The position numbers and the translations under genes were made by a program. A stretch of 63,792 bases of DNA, counting the filler, from Octopus bimaculoides (taxonomy: Eukaryota): the NCBI RefSeq assembly GCF_001194135.2. It is 8 parts of 7 records of this genome, joined end to end, with 100 filler letters (N's around TTAATTAATTAA, not from the genome) between each part and the next. Parts side by side here need not be neighbours in the genome. Positions count along the whole stretch, not along the records: positions 12,055 to 15,448 come from NC_069000.1; positions 15,549 to 23,297 come from NC_068988.1; positions 23,398 to 45,698 come from NC_068992.1; 5 more parts are not named here. One strand, written 5' to 3'. Of this stretch, positions 13,371 through 26,547 are shown in pieces. Below the pieces are notes generated by a model. It saw only the letters and a program-made list of their open reading frames with translations. It did not search any database and was not told the origin of the DNA. How positions within the stretch are numbered: the stretch's first letter is position 1; every line of letters begins with the position of its first letter.

Positions 13371-14802
13371 AAACCTAGCATGTAAAAATTAAATAAAAAC
13401 GAGTGACGTGACCACATAAAGCTGCAATAACAACAATAAGAGGCTGTTTCTTAATCTCTCTACTTTTAGAAATAACAGCCAAATATCCATTAAATCACAT
13501 CTTCCTATCATCAAAAAATGGAATGACACACAGGATAATTTAGTCCTTAAAATGCATTTTATTTGTAAAATAAAAAAAGAAAATCGACTGGGTGGTCATA
13601 GCTGGGACACCTTTCATCGACAGACTAACCTAGGGATAAAAAAGTGGCAACCGCTAGACAAGGAGAACTCTGTAGGATCGTTCTATCTGCTAATATAGCT
13701 CGCCAAATGGACTTCAAACCATATCTAATTGACTTAAAAGAAGGACACCGGATAATATAATATAAAGAAATATTCTTTGCAAACAGGGGCGGATGGTTAT
13801 GGATGGACTGTCCAGCGACAACAATAACAGCAGCAACATTGTAGACACACTTTGTCTGAAAGGCTGATACGTGATGCTTTATAGCTGGAGATCTTTGATC
13901 ATAAATCTCGACTCGAGTTGAGCAGAGATTAGGCAATTATGACCATCAGAAACCAACAACACTAATTATCATTTCAGTGATATACAAAATTAGCTAATGA
14001 AGTAAATTGCTTTATAGTTTTTTTTATGAAGCAAAGATATTACTGGTACTTATTTTATGAAAGTTGGGTTCTATGCTACAGAGTAAAATTTAACTAATGG
14101 TTCTAATTGACCTGAGAGCTTGTGGATCAACAACACCCACGAGATAAAGTATACGGCTCACTCCTTAAACAATCTAGATATATTAACCACTCGAAGAAGG
14201 CGACCTAAAATAGCAGCTAAATCTTCCTTATATCATACTATACCGTCTTAGAAAAAGGACACGTCAGATAATGTAGTTTCAGAGGCACTGTGTCTGAAAA
14301 TAAGATTAGAAAGTCACGGATGGGATGTCTTGGATCTGCTCAACGTGTTTTAATTTGGCACCAAACAATAATTGTTAATAGGACAAGTAAAGATGTTTGC
14401 TGATTCTGGCACAAATCCAGCAACTTTGAGGGGAGGGAGGTAGTCGATACCATTAGCTTCAGTATTTCATTGGTATCAACCCCAAATATTCATGTCAAAA
14501 TTGACCCTCGTTAAGATTTGAACTCATAGCGAAGGGGAAAAAATTCCGAAAGAAATACCCCATAGTATTTTCTGCGAGACTTAAATAATTCTTATATTTA
14601 TTTGCTTAATTAACAACTCATTACTTACATAAGGATTGGACTAAAAGTTCATTATGGAAATTCGGGCAATCAGTTTATCAGTCTTGGAAGGATGAAAACT
14701 AAAGTTAACAGAGACAGTATTTGAACTCAGAGCCCCAAGACCTGGAACAAATCACGGTTTAACGATTCTACCAAACTATTGATCTCATCTTTGAAGACAA
14801 AA

Positions 14803-14994
14803 CACTTTTCAGATATTTTCAAAGCACTTTTCAGATATTTTCAAAGCACTTTTCAGATATTTTCAAAGCACTTTTCAGATATTTTCAAAGCACTTTTCAG
14901 ATATTTTCAAAGCACTTTTCAGATATTTTCAAAGCACTTTTCAGATATTTTCAAAGCACTTTTCAGATATTTTCAAAGTACTTTTCAAATATTT
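14803..14994. repeat. 22-bp minisatellite (GCACTTTTCAGATATTTTCAAA), ~8.5 copies
   Basis: Direct inspection; produces the 22-aa periodicity in ORF 14779..15006. Confidence 0.95.
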
Positions 14995-15448
14995 ATATAT
15001 GTATAAAGAGTATGGATTAGTAACATTGCTAGACCGTTGGCCAAAGTAATTTCATACCTCACAATGGCCAACTTTGCTTTTCATCATTCCGCTGTCGATA
15101 AATAACGATCGAGTGAGAAAGCGGAGATATTTTTCATTGGCTACAAACGGTTCAAACATTGGAATAAATTTTATATCTTGGTGAAGAAGTCCAAGGAGTC
15201 GAACATGACCCTTATAATCCACAAGAATTCTCCGCCCCCTGAATGTGAGACTACGTAACTATGTTTTAGACATAACGTTTGTAATATATTACCGAATACC
15301 AGTGTTCAACTGGTACCAAGGCATTCCATTCATTTCTCAGTTCGCGTTTTGGAGCTGCGAAATGGAATGCTTGGTGTGTGTTTTGTTGTGGCTACTCCCT
15401 CCTAAAAAATATGGGGAATAGGCCTGGGCATATATATATATATATATA

Positions 15449-15548
15449 NNNNNNNNNNNNNNNNNNNNNNNNNNNNNNNNNNNNNNNNNNNNTTAATTAA
15501 TTAANNNNNNNNNNNNNNNNNNNNNNNNNNNNNNNNNNNNNNNNNNNN
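15449..15548. other. Artificial 100-bp assembly spacer
   Basis: 44 N + TTAATTAATTAA + 44 N. Confidence 0.95.
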
Positions 15549-15955
15549 TAGTACTCTTTCTTTATTTTTTTCTTTCATTTGTGTATGTTGTATCCTATCT
15601 AGTTCATTGACTCCTAAATACTTATATGGTTGGCTTTCGTCTAGTTCTCTTATTTCATTGGCTTTATCTAGTGTTATATTGCTACTTTTAACTAATTTTC
15701 CTCTTTTCATGGTTGCTTTGGCACATTTTTCTAATCCGAATTTCATATCTATTTCCTTGGTAAAGCCGTGTACTGTCTGTAGTAGTGTTTCTAGCTCTTT
15801 GTCGTTTTTTGCATATAATTTTAGGTCATCCATATATAGAAGGTGGCTGACTGTTTTTCCGTAGCATTTGTAACCGCATCCAGTTCTATTTAGCAAATCT
15901 GTTAAAGGTGTGAGTGCCAGGCAGAACAGGAGTGGAGAGAGCGTGTCTCCCTGTA
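15549..15955 (-). mobile_element. R4/Dong-like non-LTR retrotransposon RT fragment
   Basis: QGDTLSPLLFCLALTPL...SHLLYMDDLKLYAK...YKYLG; open frame, 5' junction in a TAA-rich tract. Confidence 0.8.
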
Positions 15956-16002
15956 TTATTATCATTATTTTTATGATTATGATTATTATTTTTATTATTA
16001 TT

Positions 16003-16395
16003 GAGTGAGAGAGCAGTGCATGCCATCAAAGTGACACTGGGGTAAAATATACGAAGCCCATTATACCCATCATGATAACCCGTATGATAAGGGTACACCA
16101 GGTCGAGTAGCCCATCCTGTTCAAAAGGTCCATGAATAAGGTTTGTTTAAGGATGTTGAGCAAAACACCCATGTTTCCAAAGGTGAATTATTCAAACCCC
16201 AAAGAATTCCTCTCACTCCTTGGCCAGGATGCTCCCCCTCTACTTCTGCTCATGATCAGAGATGCACATATCGTCAGCCACCAAGGGACATGCTCAACTG
16301 GTTAAGGTCAAACAACGGACAAGCAAATCTGTGGTATTAAGCAGAATATTTGCTGTAGCCCATCTTTTATACCAAGACAAAACAATGTACATGAT
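16003..16395. mobile_element. Interspersed repeat of unassigned family
   Basis: Higher-GC block bounded by (ATT)n tracts; recognised as a common octopus repeat from memory only, with a single copy in this window. Confidence 0.35.
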
Positions 16396-17323
16396 AAGAC
16401 TTCTGATCTTAATTGATTATTATTATTATGATTATTATTATTATTATCATTATTATTATGATCATTATCCTGTTGTTCACACAGTTATGTGGTGCTGATG
16501 ATGTAATACGCATGCCAGCTACTCATAACCAGTAGACTGAGGTGGCAACTTCTACTGTCAAAAATATTTTTCTAAGAATCCTCTCAGTTCCAAGGTGTAT
16601 TTTCTGTATGTTCCCTGATCTAATCTTATTCGCAATTTTTTTAAAATAGCATTCGCTTCTTATCCTCGCACTATTAGACACCCCAACTATAGTTCGTACA
16701 GCTTCAACATTTATTTGTATTGCCCATAAATGCTTTATCTCCTATATTAGTAGTCAATAGCTCTGTTTTTAATTGAATTCTTTGTCACGAACTTCATTCT
16801 CAAATGGATAGGCCATATATAGATTCAAACACTGTTGATTTTGTTAATTACCATTGCTCACATATAAAAGGTGTTCTGAAATTTTGTTGGTGGCCGATCA
16901 GAATCAAATAGGAATTCAGATTGCTAACCTCTTTTAGGATTTTATAATGGTGGTGGCAAATATAGTTCTTGAACATACAAAGGCCAGGCATAGCTTTGGT
17001 GGAGAAAGGTAATGTCGCGATATATTTGTTGGTCTATGAAGCTTGCCCAAAATGTCATTGATAAAGGAAACGAAAAAGTCGTAAAATATGTAAACTTGAA
17101 AATTGATATTTAGCAAATGTGGAATATAAAAACAAGATTTCAACGAACAAAACCAAACGCGATGATGATGATTATGATGATGATGATCATCATCATCATG
17201 ATCATAATAATAATAATAATAATAATGATGATGATGATGATCATAATAGTAATAATAACAGTAATAATAATAACAACAACAGCAGCAACAACAACAACAA
17301 CAACAATAATAATAATAATAACG

Positions 17324-17364
<41 letters not shown>

Positions 17365-17853
17365 TGATATTTAGCAAATGTGGAATATAANNNNNNNNNN
17401 NNNNNNNNNNNNNNNNNNNNNNNNNNNNNNNNNNNNNNNNNNNNNNNNNNNNNNNNNNNNNNNNNNNNNNNNNNNNNNNNNNNNNNNNNNNNNNNNNNNN
17501 NNNNNNNNNNNNNNNNNNNNNNNNNNNNNNNNNNNNNNNNNNNNNNNNNNNNNNNNNNNNNNNNNNNNNNNNNNNNNNNNNNNNNNNNNNNNNNNNNNNN
17601 NNNNNNNNNNNNNNNNNNNNNNNNNNNNNNNNNNNNNNNNNNNNNNNNNNNNNNNNNNNNNNNNNNNNNNNNNNNNNNNNNNNNNNNNNNNNNNNNNNNN
17701 NNNNNNNNNNNNNNNNNNNNNNNNNNNNNNNNNNNNNNNNNNNNNNNNNNNNNNNNNNNNNNNNNNNNNNNNNNNNNNNNNNNNNNNNNNNNNNNNNNNN
17801 NNNNNNNNNNNNNAATAATAATAATAATAATAATAATGATAATAATAATAATG

Positions 17854-17917
<64 letters not shown>

Positions 17918-18301
17918 TAATAGTAATAATAATAATAATGATAATATTTCTCGGTATCTTGTCTCCGATATAAAAGAATATATGCATTCCCTTTCTCTTT
18001 TTTTTTCGTACGGAAAAGATATTATTAGAGACGCAAAAGTTTTGTAGTAGGAACAACACAGTGAGACAAAAGTTGCACTTCAATTGACAAGATGATATTT
18101 TGGGATTGTAGCAGAAGACATGCAACTTGTTAATAGCCTGAGTCACCATAATCGGATCCCTCCCCACCCTTATTTTTTTATGGAATCCCACTTTATGGTA
18201 ATAACAATCAACTTCTGTCATTCAAATTCAAAATGGCTGAACACTAGCATCAGCTTGAAACTCAGGTGTACCAACGAATTTCAATCAAACTGTTTCGCTC
18301 T

Positions 18302-18375
<74 letters not shown>

Positions 18376-18796
18376 TCATATATATATATATATATGTGCG
18401 TGCGATTGTGTGTATATGCGTTTGTATGCATTTATCAAAGCATGTACATGTATCACTGGTGAAAATAGGAAATCAATTATGTTGGCAAAGAAATTCAAGA
18501 AAAAGATGAGAGTCGGTGAGATTGATAAGGAAATATTAGTGAAGGAAACTCACTTTTCAACGAATTGTAGAGGTGGACACAGGAACAACAGTTAAACAAG
18601 AAAGGAGAGCGAGGATATATACGTAGTAATAAACTGAGAAGAATCGCTAAGGTTGAATAAGAGAAACAAATCAGACACTAAAGACGAAACAAAACACCAT
18701 GGAAAAATGTCGGAAAAAATTCAGGCATTAATTGTGCTTTGAGAATTAAAAGTTTCTGATAGATGTTCTTTTCAATTATACTACTACTACTACTAC

Positions 18797-18856
<60 letters not shown>

Positions 18857-18916
18857 CAACAACAACAACAATAATAATAATAATAATAATAATAATAATT
18901 ATTATTATTATTATTA

Positions 18917-18950
<34 letters not shown>

Positions 18951-19244
18951 GGTAAAGATTATGATGGTGGTGATGATGACGATGATGATGATGATGATGA
19001 TGATTTACGCAGCGTTACTTAAAGGTCATCAAAGAGAGACAAACTACTTCTATACGTTTGTATTTTCATTAAAACTTTTGGATTTTATATTTTCAAGATG
19101 CGGATTTTAAATTAGAATTTAAATTAATGTACCATATATTAGAGAGATTATAGATCATGTCAATGTTTTGGGGCATATATGAGTGCGTTTATGAGAATAA
19201 CTGTGTGTTTTGCAGGAGTACGCATACAACCGGACACACATATA

Positions 19245-19278
<34 letters not shown>

Positions 19279-22200
19279 GCTTATATACATACATATCTAT
19301 ATAAATATATACATATACATAAATATATACATACATGCATATGGTATATATATTGAGAAAGAAACGTAAATACATACTAAAAATATGTGCTTAGAATATG
19401 CCTATGTGTAAGTATATAGAACGCTATATATATATATATNNNNNNNNNNATATAAACCAGATATATATAAGTACACACAAACACAAACACACACACACAC
19501 ACACACACACGCACGCACACGTCTGGCTTACAGCCCTTCTCGCTTATTTTCACTGTTTCGCTTTCCTGTCGTGTTTTCTGTTTGCCACTTAATTCCTCCG
19601 CATTATAAATTTAATTTAATTTGTTTCCGCGAGAAGAGCTATTCTAACAATGTGTCCTGCTCTAACTCTTCGAAACGCTTAATTTAGAATGGTGGCAGCT
19701 TATGAAGGAAATATTCTCTATGTGGCCTGTATGTTTTCTGTGCTCTGTTTATGTTCTGTTTTTCATTTTGTCCACGTTTCTTTTGTGACGTCCTGTGCCC
19801 AGATATGCATCCATATATACATGTAGATATAGGTATGAACATAAATATACGTATATATGCATATACTCACATATTATTTGTATTATTATATGATCGAACG
19901 CACGCATCCTTTTACAAGTAAGTTTTAACTTTATATACACATAGACGGATGATGGTTGGATGGTAGCATTGATTGATAAACAGGTATTCGGATGTATTGC
20001 TTTATATCTAAGAAGTTTCTGTTGTAAATGAAAGGAAATTATAATAAATATTTCCTATAAAACTACTTATAGAAAATATAACCTCATTTTGACGAACAGA
20101 TGTATATGCGTGCATACGGTATCATATACGTATTCTCTTTGAGAGAAATACACGTTATTCACTCGCACTTTTCATTAACAACTTTGGAATTTCCTACACA
20201 TAGATCTGTACGCTTCCTGAAGTTCAAATCTTGCCATGACATCAGATTAGTAAACACAAAGTCAGAATATATATATTTTTCGCTACGTGTATCTGTGTGT
20301 GTGTGTGTATGTGTGTGTGTGTGTGTGTGTGCGTGTGTGTGTGTGTGCGTGTGTGTGTGTTTGTCTCTGTGTTTGTGTGGTTTAAAATGAAATTTTCGGT
20401 GCAAATCACTGGATCTGCACGGCGGTATTTAACTATTTACATACATTCGCTGACACGCATATACACATACAAAGCATTTCTTTTTCTCTCTTTGCATTTC
20501 TCNNNNNNNNNNNNNNNNNNNNNNNNNNNNNNNNNNNNNNNNNNNNNNNNNNNNNNNNNNNNNNNNNNNNNNNNNNNNNNNNNNNNNNNNNNNNNNNNNN
20601 NNNNNNNNNNNNNNNNNNNNNNNNNNNNNNNNNNNNNNNNNNNNNNNNNNNNNNNNNNNNNNNNNNNNNNNNNNNNNNNNNNNNNNNNNNNNNNNNNNNN
20701 NNNNNNNNNNNNNNNNNNNNNNNNNNNNNNNNNNNNNNNNNNNNNNNNNNNNNNNNNNNNNNNNNNNNNNNNNNNATTAATAAGTAAAAGCACAATAAAT
20801 AAGTATAATATAATACAAAGTAAATATTATAAGATAAAGATAATAAAGCGACTACACGTGTTTCATAACCAATTTTCAAATAGAAAGAAAATTTAAATCG
20901 ATTAAAATCGATTAAAACAATCGAAAATCAATTCTATTCAAAAATATAACTAATCTTCAGGTCAAAGTACAACAATAATAATAACAAAAGAATGTATATA
21001 TCAACCAACAATAAATAACAAATGAATGTATATAAATACTTATTATATAAAGATAGAAAAATATTATTAAAAATATCAAAATAATAAACATATATTTTGT
21101 GGAATAAATGATTTTTCCCTTATGAGTTTTTTTCACGCTAGCTACTTGATAAATTCTTATAAAAGATCTTACCCTATTATTGAATGAATTATATATATAT
21201 ATATATATATAGGCAAGAATTTATGTATGCATACACGCTCATCTCAGTACGCAGCACTGCTTCAATTACACTGAGTGAACAAGCAAGGAAAAAGCTGGTG
21301 ATGGATGAAATCATTGCCCCTCGAACAATTTTAATTGATAACGCATCTCTAACATAATAGGAAGCGATACACTAACATGACCTTATCAATGTTGACGCTT
21401 CAATTCTTCACATTAGCAACATCATGGATTCTATGCATTTCCTCATTTAATTTCCATTTTTCTTCCTTTCTTTCTATCTTTCTTTCTTTTCTCCTTTCTT
21501 TCATTTTTCCATTCTTTATTTATTTATTTCATTCTTCCTTGCTTTCTTTCTTTCTTCTATCATTTTTCTCCCTATATTTTTAACTGTTTCTTTTTTAATG
21601 TTATTTTTGTTATTACATCATCCTCTTTCCTGGTTTCTTTTATTGCTTCAGTTTTGCGCTATACATTCTTTGTATCATTTGCCGTTCTTCCCTTCTGTTC
21701 TTCCCTTCTGTTGCTCCCCTCAATATGACCTCTCCCTTCCTCTAGTTTGGTCTTAAACCTCAAAATCATAACACATTCCATTTTTCTTCACGGATAATGC
21801 TTTTGTTCTTAAATTGTTCAATAATTTCTCATTATTAATCAATAATGCTTATTGGAAACTGAACTTCTTAGGAATAAATTACCCCGAGTATTTAGAATAG
21901 AAAAATGCACCAACAAATTAAAAAAGAAACCAAAACCACTACAACTAAAATTGCAATATTTATAACAACTTCCAGAATACCCGAATGATTCTTAAAAACC
22001 GCAGCTGTAACTATAACAGTCAGTTCAGTGTCCGCATTGGTAGCGCGATCATTATGACGAACCCACAAACACAACCACAAAGAATGTAATAACATAAAGA
22101 ACAGATACATGAAAGATATCAATCAAAATAGTGGCAATAACATCGATACGGATATAAAAATGAAATCAGTAGCGAAAATAACATCAAAGCCCGACAACAA

Positions 22201-22301
22201 AATCTAAGCCAATATAACTAACATCATTGAGTATGAATATAGCAGGTAATACTAGCATATGCAGAACAACAACAATAAAAACAATGACGATGACTACAGC
22301 T

Positions 22302-22374
<73 letters not shown>

Positions 22375-22738
22375 GCACTTGGAATGATGAAAAAAAGCTA
22401 CTGAAAATAATTTATGAATGACCCCTGGCTTACTATCTTAGCAAGAATTGCAAAAAGATTGTCTTAACTGGTATGTTATGGGTATTGTGAAGAGCTTTGT
22501 CAATGTGAATTTTCCTTCTTTTTTCCCCTTTATTTTATTTGTTTACTTGCTTATTTTTTTTATTTTTTCCCCTTGTTCTGTGTCTACACCCTTTTCTCTA
22601 TCACATGTAAAATGAGTAATCTGTTTTTTTTTTATTTGTTTCAATGACCTACCAATGTATACAGTACGTTTATTTACTCTTGGTGTCAGGAAGACACTCG
22701 CCAAGAAATGGAAACAGAATTGGGAGAAGATGCCATTG

Positions 22739-22817
<79 letters not shown>

Positions 22818-22856
22818 TGATGATGATGATGATGATAATAATAATAATAATAATAT

Positions 22857-23217
22857 AACAGACTGGACCTAGTGGTGGTGGACAAGGTGCACCACGCATG
22901 CTATATAGTTGATGTTGCTTACCCATTTGACCCAGGAATAGTCAAGAAGGAAGGCAAAATAATAAATAGATACAGTCCTCTTAGTTATGGAAAATGAAGT
23001 AAGTGAAGATAGTACCAATTATTTTGGAGATGCTTGAGATCGGTCTCAAAAGGCATCAAGCGGAATATAAAGGAAATTGGAATAGAGTGCCCAGTAGAAT
23101 TGGTACGAAATTGTTTTCCTCCTTGGCACGGGCAGAATAATCAGGAAAGTATTAAATAAATGAAAATAATGAATATCATGGTACCGTAGGAGCTCCCAAA
23201 AAACCTGTCATAAAGAG

Positions 23218-23220
<3 letters not shown>
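22857..23220 (+). mobile_element. R4/Dong-like 3' end (restriction-like endonuclease remnant)
   Basis: NRLDLVVVDK...CYIVDVAYPFD...KKE...RYSPL...VKIVPII resembles the REL domain; (TAA)n on both sides. Confidence 0.7.
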
Positions 23221-23297
<77 letters not shown>

Positions 23298-23397
23298 NNN
23301 NNNNNNNNNNNNNNNNNNNNNNNNNNNNNNNNNNNNNNNNNTTAATTAATTAANNNNNNNNNNNNNNNNNNNNNNNNNNNNNNNNNNNNNNNNNNNN
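23298..23397. other. Artificial 100-bp assembly spacer
   Basis: 44 N + TTAATTAATTAA + 44 N. Confidence 0.95.
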
Positions 23398-25890
23398 CGA
23401 ATGCGAGATGTTGAATGGTTCCGATAGATGGCCATTCACCTGTATGACCGAGCAGATGCCGCTGTATAAAGCAGCTATCCACCCGTGGAAGACCTGACCA
23501 AAGCCAGCTGCCAGGTATCGATGGTCGACCCTATCGAAGGCTTTAGACTGATCTAAATTTATCAAAGCCCCACCCGCGCCAGCTTCGTTACCCACCCTCT
23601 CTATGATGTAAGGCATGAAATGGAGGTTGTCGTGGATAGACCTGGTCGGCACGGCGCATGTCAGCGCCTTGCTGATCAGTTTGCCCACGACAAGCGCCAA
23701 TCTTCAACTCTGCATTGAGCAGAGTGATGGGCCTAAAGTTCCCTATAATGTCCCCGTTGTTTGGGTCCTTTCTTAGCAAAGCCACCACTCCTCAACAAAC
23801 AAAAGCAGGAATTTTCTCGTTTTGTTGCCAGTTGCACTAGACGTTTGCCAAGACACCCACAAACAAGTCTGGCATTGACATATAAAGCTCGTAAGGCAGA
23901 CCATCCAAACCCGGCGATCTACCTCTCGTGCAGCCTTTCATCGCTTCCTGTACTTCCCAGGCAGATATGGGTCCTTCGCAGCACTCGGCTTCGCTGGTCG
24001 AGAGTTGCGGCAGGCTGTCTAGGTACACACCGAAGTCTGTTCCGTCGTCCATCCTACTGTTCATCCCGAACAATTGAGCAAAGTGCTGCTGAAAGGCCGC
24101 GCACATCTGCTTCGGTTCCGAAATCTCGCAGTTGTTCTGGTCCACCAAAGACCGAATGGTTGCTCTGTTGCCACGCTTCGCCTTAGTCCCCTCCCCGCTT
24201 ACTGAAAGTGCTTTAGCTCTGACAACGCAGCCTTCATGCTTGGCATCAAAGTGTTGGTCGAGGGCCAACTTCGCTGCTAACACGTCGGTTGCGATGCCTG
24301 TCCTAAGAGCCTCGTCTAGTTTATTAACTAAATCCCGCTCTGTTTTCTTACGTTCTACAGCTAGAGCCTTACTAAACCTAATTGATTCTGCTCTAATTGC
24401 CTGCTTCAGGGCGAACCACCAGTTGTTATTGATAATTGCCCTGGTTAAAGCCCTCTTAACTAATAAACTAATCCGGTCTCTGTAGGCTTTGCACGCCATT
24501 AACAACGCGTTTAGCTTCCAGTAACCGGGACCTTGTCTATGGAGCCTATCTAAGTCGACCGTACAGATCACGAATTTGTGGTCCGTGTAGCCGACTATGT
24601 TGAATTGTGGACACCCTATGCTATCCTTATCCACTGGCCTACAGAAAATTCTATCTAAGTACGATCTAGACGACCCGATGCGATTAGTCCAAGTCCACAT
24701 TGGCACATTCGGGTTGTCTAGTCGATACTTGTCGGACAGCTGAAAGCATCTGAGCAGGTTGGCAAGGCTCTTGCATCCCCCTTTCCTATCAGATGCTCCC
24801 GCACCCACCCTATCGATACGTTCGCCTAAGACAGCCTTCCAATCCCCAACTAGCACTAAAGTGCGAGAAGTACCCAGGAAAACCTCCAGACGTTTGAAAT
24901 AATCCGACTGCCCTGCTCCTGTCGGAGCTTAGGCAGCCAGTAGTCTAAAGGCAGCGCCGTCACTACTATCGACGTCCAGGACCACCAACTTACCTTCTGG
25001 ATCCAGGAAGACTGCCCTTATTTTCAAGTCCAGGCCTTTCCGAAATAGCACCGCAGTACCCCCACCGCCCGCTTCCGGCCGACACGGAGATAGGAAAATC
25101 TCGTATCCGCCAAAAAGGGCTGCGAGTTCCTGTGGGTTGGAGAGCCTCATTTCGCTTATGGCTGCTACATCTACACTGTAAGACCTCAGGTCGTTCAACA
25201 GGTGACCTTGTTTCCAAGGCGACCCGAGGCCTCTCACATTTATGCTTCCGATTCTGAGAATTACCATGTTTTTTTCAAAAAAGGAAAAAATTAGAGGAGA
25301 AAAGGCTCTACTTACTGTTTTCTGGTGGGGTGGCTCCCCTATGTTTCCGTGTGGGTGTTTCCACTAAATTCCGATAAAGTCTTTGGGAGAAACCTCTCCC
25401 TAGCGACCCAACATCATTCGGAAACTTTTCTTTTATTTTATTGTAGTTTTCTTCAGTGATCTTTAGTGTGAGTATGTGTGCTGGTGGTGCGTTGTGTAGG
25501 GGTATAATGAAGTTTGTGATATTTGCATTTGTACAGTTTTTAAAAAAGTTTAATAAGTGTTCATTTTTGGTGTTGATGGCTGTTACGTTTGTGGTGTGTG
25601 TGATTGTTGGTGTTTGCGGTGGAGAAGGTGTTGCTATTTGTTGTGAGTGTGTTTTGTTGTTGTTGCTGATGATGTTGGGAAGCTCACCTTTTTCGCGCCT
25701 CCCCTCTTTGTCAATTGTTTCTTTTGTCTTTCTTCTCTGTTTTTTCGTTGGTGGTACAGTGTGCCACTTCCCTTTCTCACTATCAGTGCTCGCACAATCC
25801 GAGCTGATCTGATCTGGAAAGGGAATGTTTGTAGGATCTGGCGAAAATTCTTTTGCAATTTCTGTTGTTGTTGGTTCTGTTATTTTCTTA
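23398..25890 (-). mobile_element. Tx1/L1-clade LINE: ORF1 C-terminal part and disrupted ORF2 (APE endonuclease + RT)
   Basis: ORF2 starts at 25267 (IGSINVRGL, APE motif I), then GDWKAVL, SYLDRIF, TDHKFV, SPGLDGLP, NFRPITLLN, LDQSKAFDRVDH. Premature stop at 24929 and frameshifts. The upstream low-complexity basic ORF ends at 25308. Confidence 0.9.
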
Positions 25891-25971
25891 ATAATAATAA
25901 TAATAATAATAACTTCAACTTTACGATGAAAGTAAACAAACAAAGTTTGTCTTTAGAAGCATTGAGATGTA

Positions 25972-26123
25972 TTGTAAGATACAGAAATAAATTTATTTCT
26001 CAAACGCGTGATAATGCTATGAATAGCTTGATCAGGATAAATTATCCATATAATGCAGAAAAATACGTTACCAGCCAGCATTATCACGCGCTTGAGAAAT
26101 AAATTTATTTCTGTATCTTACAA
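25972..26123. mobile_element. 152-bp fold-back MITE with ~47-bp TIRs and putative TA target duplication
   Basis: TTGTAAGATACAGAAATAAATTTATTTCTCAAACGCGTGATAATGCT versus AGCATTATCACGCGCTTGAGAAATAAATTTATTTCTGTATCTTACAA; TA on both sides. Confidence 0.75.
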
Positions 26124-26181
26124 TAATAATAGCATTGAAAAATGCCTTAGGAATGAAAACCCAGGTTCGAAATTTCTCCAA

Positions 26182-26227
26182 GACATCTGATGAATGCTGG
26201 AGGGTATATCAGCCAAAACTTTGTGTT
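26182..26227 (+). ncRNA. Degenerate minimal type I hammerhead ribozyme
   Basis: GACAT-CTGATGA-ATGCTG-GAGGGTATAT-CAGC-CAAAAC-TTT-GTGTT. The CUGAUGA core and GCTG/CAGC stem II are present, but the GAAA box reads AAAA. Confidence 0.55.
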
Positions 26228-26403
26228 AACAACAAACAAGATGAGGACAAATATCCGTCAAATGTAAATAATGTAAATAATTCCTCATCTCTTAAATGTA
26301 GAACTGTATCAGAAAATATGTTTGTTCTTAATCACACACACACACACACACACACAGTTACTCACCTAAAATCATTAAAAAGCAAGAATAAAGCCATTCT
26401 TAC

Positions 26404-26547
26404 CAGATATGGCAAGAAAATTGATGTCATGTCCTACTCTTCGTGCCAAAGAGCCATTCTGTCCAAAGCCAGAAAGTCTGGTATAAATCAATCTTGGATT
26501 AACAGACAATAAACTTTCAGGTCCCAAACCATGTTTTTCCATGACCC
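26404..26547 (-). pseudogene. AMACR: Isolated internal exon of alpha-methylacyl-CoA racemase (CoA-transferase family III); exon or pseudo-exon
   Basis: 144-nt open exon with TAG acceptor and GTAAG donor, encoding [49 protein letters not shown]. It matches the AMACR segment around the GHDINY motif; no other AMACR exon was found in the window. Confidence 0.8.

Noticed and set aside
14803-14994. CRISPR-like array
   Set aside because: Contiguous repeats without spacers, in eukaryotic DNA.
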